A stretch of DNA of 64,000 nucleotides from Candidatus Babelota bacterium (GTDB taxonomy: Bacteria; Babelota; Babeliae; Babelales; Vermiphilaceae), in assembly GCA_049325595.1 (NCBI GenBank), contig JBMOLF010000010.1, positions 32,001 through 96,000 on the forward strand, written 5' to 3'. A program made the position numbers and the translations under genes. Under the pieces are notes generated by a model. It had not been told where the DNA came from. It saw only the letters and a program-made list of their open reading frames with translations, and did no database searches. Shown here one piece after another: positions 38,755 through 50,500 of this stretch (position 1 is the stretch's first letter; every line of letters starts with the position of its first letter).

Positions 38755-40833
38755 ATGATAAATAATCGTATTGTTTTTGGACTTGTCGCTATAGCGTTAT
38801 CAGTCCTATTCATTGTTAATATTTTACCAGGTAAATCGCTTATGCATGTAAATTCAATTAAAGATATTGAACAGTTGTTTTCTAAATCACCAGACCAATA
38901 TCGTTCACAGGTGCAAAAATATTATGAAGAATTAAAAAAAACTATTGCTCAAATAATTGCTATTCCACGTCACGAGCGTACCTTTGCAAATACCGCTTTG
39001 GCTCTTGATCATGCTCTTGCATTTTCTAATCTTGCAATTACTAGAAATATTTTACAGGTGCTCGATTTAACCACTACTGATAAACAAATGCGAGAAACAG
39101 CACAAGATTTGTCGGTAAAAATTGAAGCAATGTATGTAGATGAAATTGCCAGCAACAAAGCTTTATACCAAGCATTTAAAGATTATGTACAACACAATGC
39201 AACCAAAGAAGAGCTTACCAAAGAGCAGCGCTATTATCTTGATGAAACAATGCATTCTTTTCAGCGTGAAGGCTTAGAATTACCCGATGAAAAACTTGAG
39301 CAAGTTAAACAATTAAAAAAAGAATTAGCAGCTCTTACTATTGAATATGATAGTAATATCGCAAAAGATGCGACTACTATACCCGCAACTAAAGAAGATC
39401 TAAAGGGCTTGCCAGAAGATTTTATTAATGCTCTTAAAAAAACTGATGACGGGAAATACTTACTTACGCTCGATTACCCAACCTATTTTACGGTTATGGA
39501 AAATAGTGAGGTAAGTGAGACGCGAAAAAAAATGCGTTCTGCATTTAACAATCGTGCATATCCTGCGAATAAAGCAATTCTTGAAAAAGTTATTGAAAAA
39601 CGCGATCAGTTAGCAAAACTTCTTGGTTATGATAGTTATGCAAATTATGATACATCTGATCAAATGGTAAAAAATGCCGATCGTGCGTATGAATTTGTTT
39701 CTTCGATAGTTACCAAAGCACAAGATAAAGCACGCAAAGAATTTGAAAACTATACAGCAAAATTACCTGATTCAGTAACATTAGATCCGCAAGGTCGCAT
39801 TTATCCATGGGATGAAGCATATGCACGAAATGTGTATAAAAAAAGCTATGACATTGACGAGTTAAAGATAGCTGAATATTTTCCGATGGAAAAAACAGTT
39901 AAAGGATTGTTTGATATTTATCAAAAATTTTTCGATCTAGTTTTTGTCCAAAAACCCATAAGTGTGTGGCATGAAGATGTGTCGGTTATTGAAGTTTCTC
40001 ACAAAGATGGTGCATTCATTGGATATTTGATTTTAGATTTGCATCCTCGTCCTAATAAATATACCCATGCGTGTGAAGCAACTATTATTCCAGCAACCTA
40101 TGTTAATGGAAAACCAAATAAAGCAGTATCTGTCGTTCTTGCGAATTTTCCAAAATCAACACCGACTAAACCTTCGTTATTAAAACGTTCTGATGTAAAA
40201 ACATTTTTCCACGAATTTGGCCATGCCTTGCATGATCTTCTTGGTCGTAGTCTTTTAGTGACTATGGCAGGAACCAATGTTAAACGTGATTTTGTAGAAT
40301 TGCCTTCACAGATGCTTGAAAATTGGTTAAATGATCGCCAAATTTTAAAAATGGTAAGTAGCCATTACCAAACAGGTGAGCCGTTGCCAGACGGAACACT
40401 CGATGCAATTATAAAAATAAAAAACTTGTTTAGTGGTACTAATACGCTGGTACAAATGATCTATGCATCGTTGTCACTTGATTATTTCAAGCCGGGTGCG
40501 CAAAAAGATGTTGATGCTATTCAACGTAAAATTTATGAATCAATTCGTCCTTACGTTGTATATGATGAAAATGATCGTAGTTATGCATCATTTGGCCATT
40601 TAATGGGTTATGGTGCTAAATATTATGGCTACATGTGGTCTAACGTATTTGCACTCGATCTTTTTGAACAGATCAAAAAAGCCGGTTTGTTAAATCCTGA
40701 AATTGGTAAAAAATATGTTGAAGCCGTTATAGGTCGTGGTGGTACTGCTGATCCCGATGAATTGCTTTACGACTTTTTAGGACGTCAACCGACGGAAGAT
40801 GCGTTCTTGCGTGACATGGGATTAAAAGAGTAA
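38755..40833 (+). CDS. M3A family (thimet-like) oligopeptidase with N-terminal signal/anchor
   Basis: FFHEFGHALH, DFVELPSQ, FGHLMGYGAKYYGY; AAGGAG RBS before ATG 38755. Confidence 0.93.
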   Translation: MINNRIVFGLVAIALSVLFIVNILPGKSLMHVNSIKDIEQLFSKSPDQYRSQVQKYYEELKKTIAQIIAIPRHERTFANTALALDHALAFSNLAITRNILQVLDLTTTDKQMRETAQDLSVKIEAMYVDEIASNKALYQAFKDYVQHNATKEELTKEQRYYLDETMHSFQREGLELPDEKLEQVKQLKKELAALTIEYDSNIAKDATTIPATKEDLKGLPEDFINALKKTDDGKYLLTLDYPTYFTVMENSEVSETRKKMRSAFNNRAYPANKAILEKVIEKRDQLAKLLGYDSYANYDTSDQMVKNADRAYEFVSSIVTKAQDKARKEFENYTAKLPDSVTLDPQGRIYPWDEAYARNVYKKSYDIDELKIAEYFPMEKTVKGLFDIYQKFFDLVFVQKPISVWHEDVSVIEVSHKDGAFIGYLILDLHPRPNKYTHACEATIIPATYVNGKPNKAVSVVLANFPKSTPTKPSLLKRSDVKTFFHEFGHALHDLLGRSLLVTMAGTNVKRDFVELPSQMLENWLNDRQILKMVSSHYQTGEPLPDGTLDAIIKIKNLFSGTNTLVQMIYASLSLDYFKPGAQKDVDAIQRKIYESIRPYVVYDENDRSYASFGHLMGYGAKYYGYMWSNVFALDLFEQIKKAGLLNPEIGKKYVEAVIGRGGTADPDELLYDFLGRQPTEDAFLRDMGLKE

Positions 40834-40854
40834 ATAACATACTTTTTTTGATAC

Positions 40855-40889
40855 AATAGGTCCTGAATTTTATTTCAGGACCTATTTTT
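40855..40889 (+). terminator. Intrinsic terminator
   Basis: AATAGGTCCTGAA/TTCAGGACCTATT stem followed by a T run. Confidence 0.8.
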
Positions 40890-40901
40890 GTTTGGAGAAT
40901 T

Positions 40902-42221
40902 GTGAAGAAATTATTTTGCTTGTTTTTTATATCGATGTCGATTGGTGCAATGGAAGAAAAAGATAAGCCAATTGTTTTGCGCAGTTTGTCCGAACTTCTT
41001 TCACAAAAAAATATAAAAAAAGACTTCAGCATTAATTTAGTTTCGGAAGGTTTAACATCATTAGAAGGTATTGCTAATGCACGATTTATTAATAAATCAA
41101 AAAAATTTTGGAAAGAGGAAGTTCATTTATTGTTCATATCACACAATTTTATTAGTCATCTTCCTGATGAAATTGGGGAGTTTGTCGCATTAACAAATCT
41201 TTGGGCTACGCATAATTGTATAAATAACATGAGCCCTCAAATAAGTAGGTTAACCAATTTAGAACACATAAATCTTAACTATAATCGACTCGAGGAGTTA
41301 CCCATATCAGCTGGATTTGGATTCCTAAAAGAGTTAGGATTACAAAATAATTTATTAAAAAAGTTACCAGATTTATCATATTGTAGTCGCCTAGAAGTTC
41401 TTCATTTAAACCATAATAACTTATGTAATTTAACTGATGAAAAAGGCAATATTATTTTACCAGTTAGTCTTATTAGTTTGAGTGTAAGCAACAATAAGAT
41501 AACTAGTTTACCAAAAGATATAACGCAATTATCGAGGTTAATGTTTATAGATATTTCCTATAATCCACTTAATGAACTTTCTATTGATGGTGAAAGTTTT
41601 ACTAGATTGTCTAATTTAAATTTTAGCAATTGTTGCATAAAGAAGCTATCTAAGAGTTTTGGTAATATACAATATGATGGTGATAATTTTTTGCCTTTTA
41701 TTATAAACTTATCGGCAAATCAGCTGTCGGCAATGCCAGCTAATTTTGATAAAATATCTGGAAAGTTTCTTGTTAGTTTAGAAAAAAATTGTTTTACAAG
41801 AATAGGAAAGAGTTTATGCAAAAAGTTAAAATACGTAACACATTTGAATTTGGCTCTTAATCCCATTTATGAAATAAGCTTAGCAATTGAATTACTTCAA
41901 CGATTGATTTATTTAGACTTAAGTAATTGTCAGATTAAGAAGCTGCCACGCGAATTAAATTTATGTCAGTTGGATACTTTTAAGCTAAATAATAATCAGC
42001 TCATGGAATTGCCAGATGCTATTACACAATTAACAAATTTAAATTCACTTCAAATATTAGATAATCATCAACAATTACTAACATATATTTTTGATGATAA
42101 AAATAATAAAGCCATATTTAATTTTATCCAACGTTTACGTAAACAAAAAAATGTTCAATATGGCAATCCATTACGCCAATTACCTACTGATATGAAACGA
42201 GAAATTTATAAACATCTTTAG
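40902..42221 (+). CDS. Exported leucine-rich-repeat protein with C-terminal F-box-like motif
   Basis: Repeated LxLxxNxLxxLP; signal peptide IGA|MEE; ends LRQLPTDMKREIYKHL. Confidence 0.9.
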   Translation: MKKLFCLFFISMSIGAMEEKDKPIVLRSLSELLSQKNIKKDFSINLVSEGLTSLEGIANARFINKSKKFWKEEVHLLFISHNFISHLPDEIGEFVALTNLWATHNCINNMSPQISRLTNLEHINLNYNRLEELPISAGFGFLKELGLQNNLLKKLPDLSYCSRLEVLHLNHNNLCNLTDEKGNIILPVSLISLSVSNNKITSLPKDITQLSRLMFIDISYNPLNELSIDGESFTRLSNLNFSNCCIKKLSKSFGNIQYDGDNFLPFIINLSANQLSAMPANFDKISGKFLVSLEKNCFTRIGKSLCKKLKYVTHLNLALNPIYEISLAIELLQRLIYLDLSNCQIKKLPRELNLCQLDTFKLNNNQLMELPDAITQLTNLNSLQILDNHQQLLTYIFDDKNNKAIFNFIQRLRKQKNVQYGNPLRQLPTDMKREIYKHL

Positions 42222-42231
42222 GAAAATAATT

Positions 42232-42891
42232 ATGAAAAAGCTAATTTTATGTTGCATACTATTGAGTGGTTCACTTTTTTCTATGGAATATTTTTCAAAC
42301 GAAAATTCATCCTTATTACCATCTACATTTGAAACAAAAAAACTTGAAGACATTTTAGATGAAGATTGCGTATATCAAGATACTATATGTGCTCATTCAA
42401 GAACCCTTAGCGATATTTCAGCGCTTGTAACCCACGAAAAGTTTAAAGAAAATGTTGTTAGAAAAATTACCGTGATGAGTTTTAAAAATAACCTTATTAG
42501 CTCTGTGCCAAAAGAAATTTCTCGATTTGAAAATGTAGTACACTTAGATTTATCGTATAATCAATTAAAAGAAATTCCTGATTCAATTAGTGCATTGACA
42601 AACCTAACCAATTTAAATTTAGAACATAATCAAATTGTTCGTTTACCCACTTCATTGAGTACATTAGAGAATTTGGCCATTTTGTTGCTATCTCATAATC
42701 GGTTAACTGAAATACCATCTTTAGTTGATTGTAAAAAATTGGAAATTTTTGAAGCCGCTAACAATAAGCTTGTAACATTGTGTAATGAAAATGGTGAGCT
42801 TTTGTTGCCAGTGGGTATTTGGCTTTGTAATATTGATAATAACAACATTCCTACCAATGAAATGCAACTATTAAAACAAAAAAGCAATTGA
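42232..42891 (+). CDS. Exported leucine-rich-repeat protein
   Basis: LDLSYNQLKEIP, LNLEHNQIVRLP; signal peptide LFS|MEY. Confidence 0.9.
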   Translation: MKKLILCCILLSGSLFSMEYFSNENSSLLPSTFETKKLEDILDEDCVYQDTICAHSRTLSDISALVTHEKFKENVVRKITVMSFKNNLISSVPKEISRFENVVHLDLSYNQLKEIPDSISALTNLTNLNLEHNQIVRLPTSLSTLENLAILLLSHNRLTEIPSLVDCKKLEIFEAANNKLVTLCNENGELLLPVGIWLCNIDNNNIPTNEMQLLKQKSN

Positions 42892-42895
42892 TAGT

Positions 42896-44542
42896 ATGAA
42901 TCATGGAAAATTTTTTTATGCCAGTTTGTTTTTTATAAACTTCTTATTACACACAGCTGAACGCGGTTTGGAAGATGCCGACGTGCGTATCGATCAAACA
43001 TCTGCAACCTTAAAGCTTAAAAGTCAACGGCTTACTAATGTAGAAGGAATTGCTTTTGTTCGTGGTTGTAGCAATATTCAAACACTCAATCTTAATAACA
43101 ATGAATTAACTTCTTTACCGGCAGAAATTGTTGCATTAACACGGTTAAAATACTTGCAGGCTAAAAATAATGCGCTGCAAAAACTTCCCGATGTAATGAA
43201 TAAATTAACCCATCTCTTTTTTTTAGATATGGCTCATAATCAGCTGCGAAATGTTCCAGATTTAAATAAATTAATTAACTTAAATTCATTAATTTTAGAT
43301 GATAATTATTTAACTGAACTTCCTTTGTTAGGAAAATGTAAAAACTTGCGAATCTTAAGTATTTCTAATAACCAAATAACACAGCTAGTTGATGATGGCA
43401 ACCAAGATATGTTCCCCAGTTCCATTGAAAGATTAACTATATCGGGTAATAAATTATCTTGTTTGCCGGTGAGTTTTTGTAAATTGACTAAATTAGTATC
43501 GTTAGATTTACAAAATAATAATTTAACAGAGTTGCCAACCGAATTTACTTCATTAAAGAAGCTTAATCATTTATTCCTTGCCAAGAACCGTATTCAACAA
43601 TTACCTAATGATTTTTTTGCAGTGGTTAAAGATGGGTCATCGAATGATATAACTATTATTGATATTTCACAAAATCAAATTTCACAGCTTCCCCAGATAA
43701 TGCCAGATCTTATTACTCAGTTGCATACACTGCGTGTAGCGCATAATAACCTTACCAAGATGCCCAATTTTTCTCACGAGCTTGTTAATTTATGTGAAAT
43801 AGATTTTTCTTATAATAAGCTTACTCGATTAACTAAGCGCATTACTTTATTGCCACATCTGATGGTTTTAAAATTAGATGGCAATAATTTATTAACTTTA
43901 CCCACAATACTCACTAAATGCGCAAAATTAAGAACATTATCACTATCACATAATCACTTAACCGAATTAATAAATGGTTGGAAGGCATTAAGTAGTTTAG
44001 AATTTATTAATGTGAGTCATAATCAACTCAAAAACTTGCCAGATGATTTTGGTAAGTTAGGGCGCAATTCTTTTGGGGATGTTCTTATTGATTTATCATA
44101 TAACCAATCAAAGTCGTTACCTAAATACCTTACAAAAGGTAAAAAATATTATGTTTTGCGCATGAGTCATAATTTATTGCAATCTATTAAAGCGAGTGAC
44201 ATTAAACAATTACTCAAAGTCAAAGAACTTGATCTTTCATCAAATCAAATTACGAAATTATCAAACAAAATAAAAAGCTTAACTCAATTAGTATTGCTTA
44301 ATTTAGCACATAATAATCTTAGGGCATTACCAGAAACTATTTATTTATGTGCTCAATTGAGGACTTTAAGCTTGAACAATAATCAACTGGTAAGTCTGCC
44401 AAAACAACTGACGTGTCTAACAAATTTAGAAAGCATGCACTTGCATGATAATGATCCGGAATTGTTGACGTATATTTTTGATGATGAGGATAATCAAAAG
44501 TTATTTGGTTTTATTGAATTGTTATACAACCAAAATAAGTAG
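42896..44542 (+). CDS. Exported leucine-rich-repeat protein
   Basis: Long LRR array; C-terminal LLTYIFDD cap shared with 40902..42221. Confidence 0.92.
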   Translation: MNHGKFFYASLFFINFLLHTAERGLEDADVRIDQTSATLKLKSQRLTNVEGIAFVRGCSNIQTLNLNNNELTSLPAEIVALTRLKYLQAKNNALQKLPDVMNKLTHLFFLDMAHNQLRNVPDLNKLINLNSLILDDNYLTELPLLGKCKNLRILSISNNQITQLVDDGNQDMFPSSIERLTISGNKLSCLPVSFCKLTKLVSLDLQNNNLTELPTEFTSLKKLNHLFLAKNRIQQLPNDFFAVVKDGSSNDITIIDISQNQISQLPQIMPDLITQLHTLRVAHNNLTKMPNFSHELVNLCEIDFSYNKLTRLTKRITLLPHLMVLKLDGNNLLTLPTILTKCAKLRTLSLSHNHLTELINGWKALSSLEFINVSHNQLKNLPDDFGKLGRNSFGDVLIDLSYNQSKSLPKYLTKGKKYYVLRMSHNLLQSIKASDIKQLLKVKELDLSSNQITKLSNKIKSLTQLVLLNLAHNNLRALPETIYLCAQLRTLSLNNNQLVSLPKQLTCLTNLESMHLHDNDPELLTYIFDDEDNQKLFGFIELLYNQNK

Positions 44543-44613
44543 AAAATCTATCACATAAAGTTCTTGAAAGCATGAGCAACTTCAATTTATGGTATTACCA
44601 AAAAGGAGTTGCT

Positions 44614-45075
44614 ATGAAATTACCAATGCTATTGTGTGCTTTAATCTTAAGTGCTACCCAAATTTTTTCAGTCGAAGTTGATTTGCCCAAAGTTCAAGGT
44701 TATGTAAGTCGTTACAGCCATACCTTTGAATTGAAAAACAAAGATAAAAAACCTATTGCCGTAAAAGTGTATGAAAATCGTCCCACAGGTCAGCGCTTGC
44801 TTTTTAATAAAACCATAAACAATACCATACGGTTTGGCGTGAGTTATTTGCAGCTAGATCCTGAATATCCGCTCGTAATACATATTACTGATTCAGAAAA
44901 TAAAACTAATTCATTCATGATACAGCCCGATAAACATACGTTGTCAGTTTTAGTTAAATACCGTAAAGGTAATTTATCGCCGCAAATAGGTACCTATGCA
45001 GGTATGAGTGGTTATACAACTTCAGGATTGCCTTTAGTGGGTAATATTAGACCTGATCAAATAGAAAAAATATAA
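44614..45075 (+). CDS. Hypothetical exported protein
   Basis: AAGGAG RBS before ATG 44614; signal peptide. Confidence 0.75.
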   Translation: MKLPMLLCALILSATQIFSVEVDLPKVQGYVSRYSHTFELKNKDKKPIAVKVYENRPTGQRLLFNKTINNTIRFGVSYLQLDPEYPLVIHITDSENKTNSFMIQPDKHTLSVLVKYRKGNLSPQIGTYAGMSGYTTSGLPLVGNIRPDQIEKI

Positions 45076-45111
45076 TTAAAAAGGCCAGGATTGTTCCCGG
45101 CCTAACTTTTT

Positions 45112-46785
45112 TTAAAGTGGTGCCCATTCATCTCTAAATTCGCGATCGATAACACCCGGTAAAATTTTAAATGTAGAAGCCGATGGCTTTGGAATTTGCA
45201 TAATATAAGCAAGTGTATTAGGAATTTGTGGTGCCCATACTTTGTTATCAATGATTTGTTTTCCAAGCTCACCTTTTTGGTAAATAATAATTGGCACATG
45301 GGTATCGCGCTCATAAGGAGTTCGATGGCACGTACCGCATTCTTTTGCCGTAATTAAATTGTAAGGGAACGGTTGTATAATAATTTGGCCTGAGCGTCCT
45401 GGGTATAATTGATTTTTGTAGAATGATTCAAGCGAAGGTAATTCATAACAGCTATGAAGTAGTTCATGAACTGTCCAGACATTTTTAATGCCAAGCTCAG
45501 CTAAAAATAAATTCTTCAAATCATGAATAGTCATTTTTTGTTGCTGGGCTTTGAGTGATTCTAAAGCGGCCGTATCAATGTATACATTTTGTGCGTGAAT
45601 TCCCTTAACTAAATTTTTTATTTTATATTTTGTTTCAATCACCGCGTTGATACGATCAGTGATATCAATAGGATTAATGCGACGTGCTGGGGTGTAGCCA
45701 TCTTGCGCAACTAACTCAGGAATTGGTGTTATGCCATGATCTGCAGTAAATATGTAAACGATTTCTCTTGATGGCACACAGTCTTGCAAGCACTTCATAA
45801 ACGTATGAAGTTGTTTATCTAAATGATAAATTAAATCTATCGCTTCAAGGCTTTCTGGACCATATTCATGTCCAATCTTATCAAGATTTCCTAGACAAAC
45901 CCATAACAATAATTGCTCATCACCATAGCGAGTCATATGAGCTTTAATGCAGGTAAGAGCTAGATTAAGTAATACTTGGTTAGCGCGCGGTGTTTTTAAT
46001 AATGTTTCGTAAGGATTTTTGCCATTTGTTTTGGTAATAATCGTATCAACAAGCGGTGATGCACATGCATAATCATAATTATTAATATGCTTAAACTGGT
46101 AAGCGCATCGATTTTTAGGCCATGCTTTATGCCATACATACGGTTGATCTAATCCGATATGGCGATTAAAACAGACAAGCCAGTTTGGAAGGGTATCAAA
46201 ATAAGCTTTGCTTGATGTAAACTGCCCCGAGGCTTGGTCAAACCAAATTGCTTTACCTGCATGCCCAGCAGTGCCAATTGCTGCACGGCTTTTAAATGAG
46301 AGAGAAATTGCGGTGCGTTTTTTGCACGGTTGTGTTGCAAGTGCCATTTGATCAGATATGCCATCAACCATAATATTATGAGGACCTTTGCCGTAGTTAT
46401 ATACGCCACCATTAGGTGCGAGCACTGCTGAAGTTTTTACTGGCGCATCATCAGCACACACAATACGACCATCAGAATACCTAAATTTATTGGCTACAAT
46501 GCCGTGATCTTTTGGAAAAGTTCCCGTATTTAAAGTCGTGTGTCCTGGTGCGGTGGTTGGCAGTGCATGGGGCATATACGCATTTTCATAAACTATACCG
46601 TTATGGAGCAAAAAACGTAACCCGCCGCGCATATGACGAGATAATTTAGGAATATAATCATAACTAAACTGATCAAAGACAAAAATTACTGCGAGACGTG
46701 GAATACGACGTGCTTCAATTGTAAGAGAAAATAATAAACACCAGAAAGGAAGAAGAAGAAATATCGAATGCCAATTTTTTTTCAT
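45112..46785 (-). CDS. Alkaline phosphatase superfamily protein (PafA-like)
   Basis: VFDQF, TTAPGHTTLNTG (Thr nucleophile), KSRAAI, DKIGHEYGP, TADHG. Confidence 0.9.
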   Translation of the reverse strand: MKKNWHSIFLLLPFWCLLFSLTIEARRIPRLAVIFVFDQFSYDYIPKLSRHMRGGLRFLLHNGIVYENAYMPHALPTTAPGHTTLNTGTFPKDHGIVANKFRYSDGRIVCADDAPVKTSAVLAPNGGVYNYGKGPHNIMVDGISDQMALATQPCKKRTAISLSFKSRAAIGTAGHAGKAIWFDQASGQFTSSKAYFDTLPNWLVCFNRHIGLDQPYVWHKAWPKNRCAYQFKHINNYDYACASPLVDTIITKTNGKNPYETLLKTPRANQVLLNLALTCIKAHMTRYGDEQLLLWVCLGNLDKIGHEYGPESLEAIDLIYHLDKQLHTFMKCLQDCVPSREIVYIFTADHGITPIPELVAQDGYTPARRINPIDITDRINAVIETKYKIKNLVKGIHAQNVYIDTAALESLKAQQQKMTIHDLKNLFLAELGIKNVWTVHELLHSCYELPSLESFYKNQLYPGRSGQIIIQPFPYNLITAKECGTCHRTPYERDTHVPIIIYQKGELGKQIIDNKVWAPQIPNTLAYIMQIPKPSASTFKILPGVIDREFRDEWAPL

Positions 46786-46949
46786 AAAGTTCCTTTCTAT
46801 CTTACCTTTTGGGTTTTACGATAAAAAAATAAGATAAAGTTTGGCAAGAGTTCTCATTAAAAAAAGGTTAAAAAAAATATAGCCTTAATACCCATTGCGC
46901 GGTAGTCTTAATGTATTGAGAAAATGCTATAGATTAGGTTTATCTTGCT

Positions 46950-47537
46950 GTGAAAAAACATATTGGTATTGTGATAAAAACATATTTTACCAAAGTGCGG
47001 AAGTGTGCCCTTTTGGATTATGAATTGGGAATGATTGATGCAATTCCGCCTTCTGAGGCTTTAAGCGCTGGATCTATGATTGAATATTCATTAACTAAAA
47101 GATCGCAAGAAAAGTTTTTTTTGCAAGAGGTTGACCTTATTAATATACCGCTGCAATTAGCCAAACAAGATATATTATTTTTTCATCACATTTTGGAGCT
47201 TTGCTATTTTTTTATGTTAGAAGGAAGCCAAGTTCCGGGAATGTATGAACTTTTATGTAGGTTGTACCACGAGTCAAAAACATATTCACTTGATTTTAAA
47301 TTATTATTTTTATTTAAATTTTTTGTGTTATTAGGGCGATTTCCTTATGAAGGAAAATATCAGACTACCTTTTTTCAGGAACTTGCATCAAAGCCTATTG
47401 ACACTATTATTAGCTACTCAATAGATTGGAACAGTAAACACGAATTGCGTGAATGGATAGTAAGTTGTGTGATGGATCATCCATACGTGCAAGGATTAAA
47501 GACGATTCATTTTTTAGAGCGTGATAGGTTGTTATGA
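46950..47537 (+). CDS. Possible divergent RecO-like DNA repair protein
   Basis: N-terminal GIVIK followed by OB-like strands and a helical bundle; weak resemblance only. Confidence 0.4.
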   Translation: MKKHIGIVIKTYFTKVRKCALLDYELGMIDAIPPSEALSAGSMIEYSLTKRSQEKFFLQEVDLINIPLQLAKQDILFFHHILELCYFFMLEGSQVPGMYELLCRLYHESKTYSLDFKLLFLFKFFVLLGRFPYEGKYQTTFFQELASKPIDTIISYSIDWNSKHELREWIVSCVMDHPYVQGLKTIHFLERDRLL

Positions 47538-50500
47538 TAACAATACTTTTAAATTTACTATTTTTAATGTTTAGTATGTCTGCGCCACTATTGGCAGAAA
47601 ATATTGTTGAAACAACAACAAAAAAATTACTGCCACAAGCAGATAAAAAAATATTTACTACAACTAAAGAAGAGCGCCAAGAACGATTAGAAGCTCTTAA
47701 AAAAGAAAAAAAACAATTTCAGGAAACAGAAAAAACATTTATTGCGGAAAATAATCTTGCCGTAACTCGTTTAAAAACACAAATTGCTCAAACCGAAACT
47801 GCGTTAGCCAAAGATCCTGATAATGAATATTTAAAGAAGAAACTTGAACTCAGTGTTGATCTTTTTAATTATAGAAATAGTGAACGACAGCTGAGAGAGC
47901 AGATCCAAAATATTATTGATGAGCACATAAAATTATTAAAAGATTATGTTGCTGATCCTGAGCAAAAAGCATTTGAACAATCATTGATCGAAAAGAAAAA
48001 AGCATACTCATTTGATAAAGAGTTGCTTGATTTGTATGAATTAATGGTAAATAAGGAGCGTGAGCTTGGTCAATTAGTTGAGCAAGAAGCAAATGCCAAT
48101 GCGGAATTAGAAAATAGAAAACGGGCAATAGATGCCACCAACGATGAAGTAAAGAAAAAAGAGGGTGGTAAAGCGGGAGAAACATTTATTCGTGATATTG
48201 GTCTTACTGGTGCACAACGTTCGGAAATTGCTTCCCTGCAAGAAGAAACGCGTACTGCCCGTAAGAGAATTGATCAAATGCGTATTCAAGAAATTGAATA
48301 TAAAATTAATCTTGTTAAAACGCGTATATTTATTGTCCGTAAACAACTTGATATTGCCCGAGATCTTTTTAAGACAATAAAACCACTAACTACCGTAAAC
48401 GAAGCTGAAATAGCAAATGCGCAGGAAGAAATTGACAAAAAAAGACAACAGTCATTCATTGTCAAAACCGATTTGCGTGCTCAAATAGAGCAATTGAATG
48501 GTCAAATTCGCTACAAAGAAAACGAACTTGAGCGTATGAGCAAGCGCTATAACATTCCATTGGGCCAGGAGCTAGATGAATGGCGTATTGAGCCACGTCG
48601 CACCATTGCAGGCTATAATGCTTTGATGCAAATTGGTATGCTTAATGATTCGTTGTTGTTATTAAAACGTAAAAAAGATGTATTAGAAGCACAAATTGCG
48701 CTCGAAGAAGCAAAACTGCACTATGATACCCTCACCGTAAGTGTTAAGCAATCTTTTTTTAAAGTAATAAACAGAAAATTTACTAATCAAACAGAAGTCA
48801 ATAATGAGATAAAAAAATATGATGCATTTAAAGCAGACAATCAAGCTAACCTTGCATTTATTAAAGAGAAATTAAATACGTTTACTTCTTTGAGTAGTAT
48901 ACAAAAAAGAGCACTTGAAAATATTAGAGCGCGGAAAAGAACCATTGAAGATGAGAAAAATGGTTTATTTAAAGGACACACTTCTGATTACAATACCCTT
49001 ATTGCTAATCTCAAAAAAGCAGAAGCGCAAGTACAACAGCAAATCGAAATAATTGCAAAAATTACCGACACCTATACTGATGTTTCTGCTGTTTTAAATC
49101 AAGCGCTTAAAAATATTGAATTTATTGTTTCAGAACATGGTGCTGTTACGATTTGGTATCGTCCAGAGCATGCAATTTCATTGCAAGGTATACAAAATAG
49201 TGTTTCTGATTTACAAATTTTCTTCAAAGATGTTTATACCAATTTTTCGCTCAAAAGTATTAATGCATTGTTGGTTAAAACAAAACGGTTATTTAGTTTT
49301 TCTACATTAGCATTTGCATTTTGGTTTAAAATTTTAGCTCTTCTGGGCTTGCTAGTGCTCATTAGAAGTAATGCTTCATGGTTGGTGAAACAACTTATTT
49401 CAGTGCAACGTGTGCCTATGCTATTGCGTACTATTATGGGGTATGCAGCTGTTATTATTGAATTTATTGCGAAGCATACTTTTAGTATTGGGCTCTGGTT
49501 TTTCCTTTTTGTATGGTTAATTTGGGTGCCTGAAACCTATGACCCATACTTGATGGTGCTTTTCTATTTGATATCAATTCCGTATTTACTCTATTTATGC
49601 AATCGTTGGCTTAATTACTTGGTTGTTTTTAATGAGCGGCATGATTATTTATTGATTAGCAAAGATTATAAGCAACGTTTTATTTTGGTGTTGTCAGTAT
49701 TGCTTTATGCAACTATTATTATTTTCTTTTTTAGAGAAGCGTTTATTGTTGGCAATTATCGTAAATCTGAGGTGCCAAGTATCTTATTGGCAGTCTATTT
49801 TATAATTGTACAAATAAGTGCTATTTTACTCATTGTTAAAGAGCAATTATTAAGTTTAATTCCGACCACGTCAGCTTTCTGGCATTGGGTTTATGAAACG
49901 GTTGATGCTTTTTATTACATATTCTTAATGGTATTGGTTGCCATTATTGTTATGAGTAATCCATATGTCGGATTTGGTCGTTTAGTTTTATATATTCTTA
50001 ATCGAGTAATATATACCATTGTTGTATTACAGATACTTTCGTGGGTTCACGAATGGTTAAAGCGTACCTTATCTAAAATTTTCTTTTATGAAGATGAAGA
50101 AATTTTAAAAGAACGTTTTTCTTCAGCTAAAACCTGGTATGGGCTCATGGTTGTGGGCATCTTTTTGCTTATGACATTCTTAGGAATTATTTTAATTGCA
50201 CGTATTTGGTCATGGCCTGAAGTAGTGTTAAAAATTAGTAGTTGGCAAGATATTGTAGCTCTTATTAAAACACCGATACTTTTAACCGAAACATCATCGC
50301 CGATTTCACTTTATACATTAATAAAAGTTATTAGTTTTGTAGTGGCAGGTATGGTTGCCTCTTTCATTGTACAAAAATTCATATTGCGACGAATTTTTGA
50401 TATTCTTCTTGTAGAGCCTGGCGTGCAAAATACAGTCACTAGTTTAACTCGTTATCTGGTGTTAATAACGGCGGTTATAATTGGTTTCCAGTCTGTGGGG

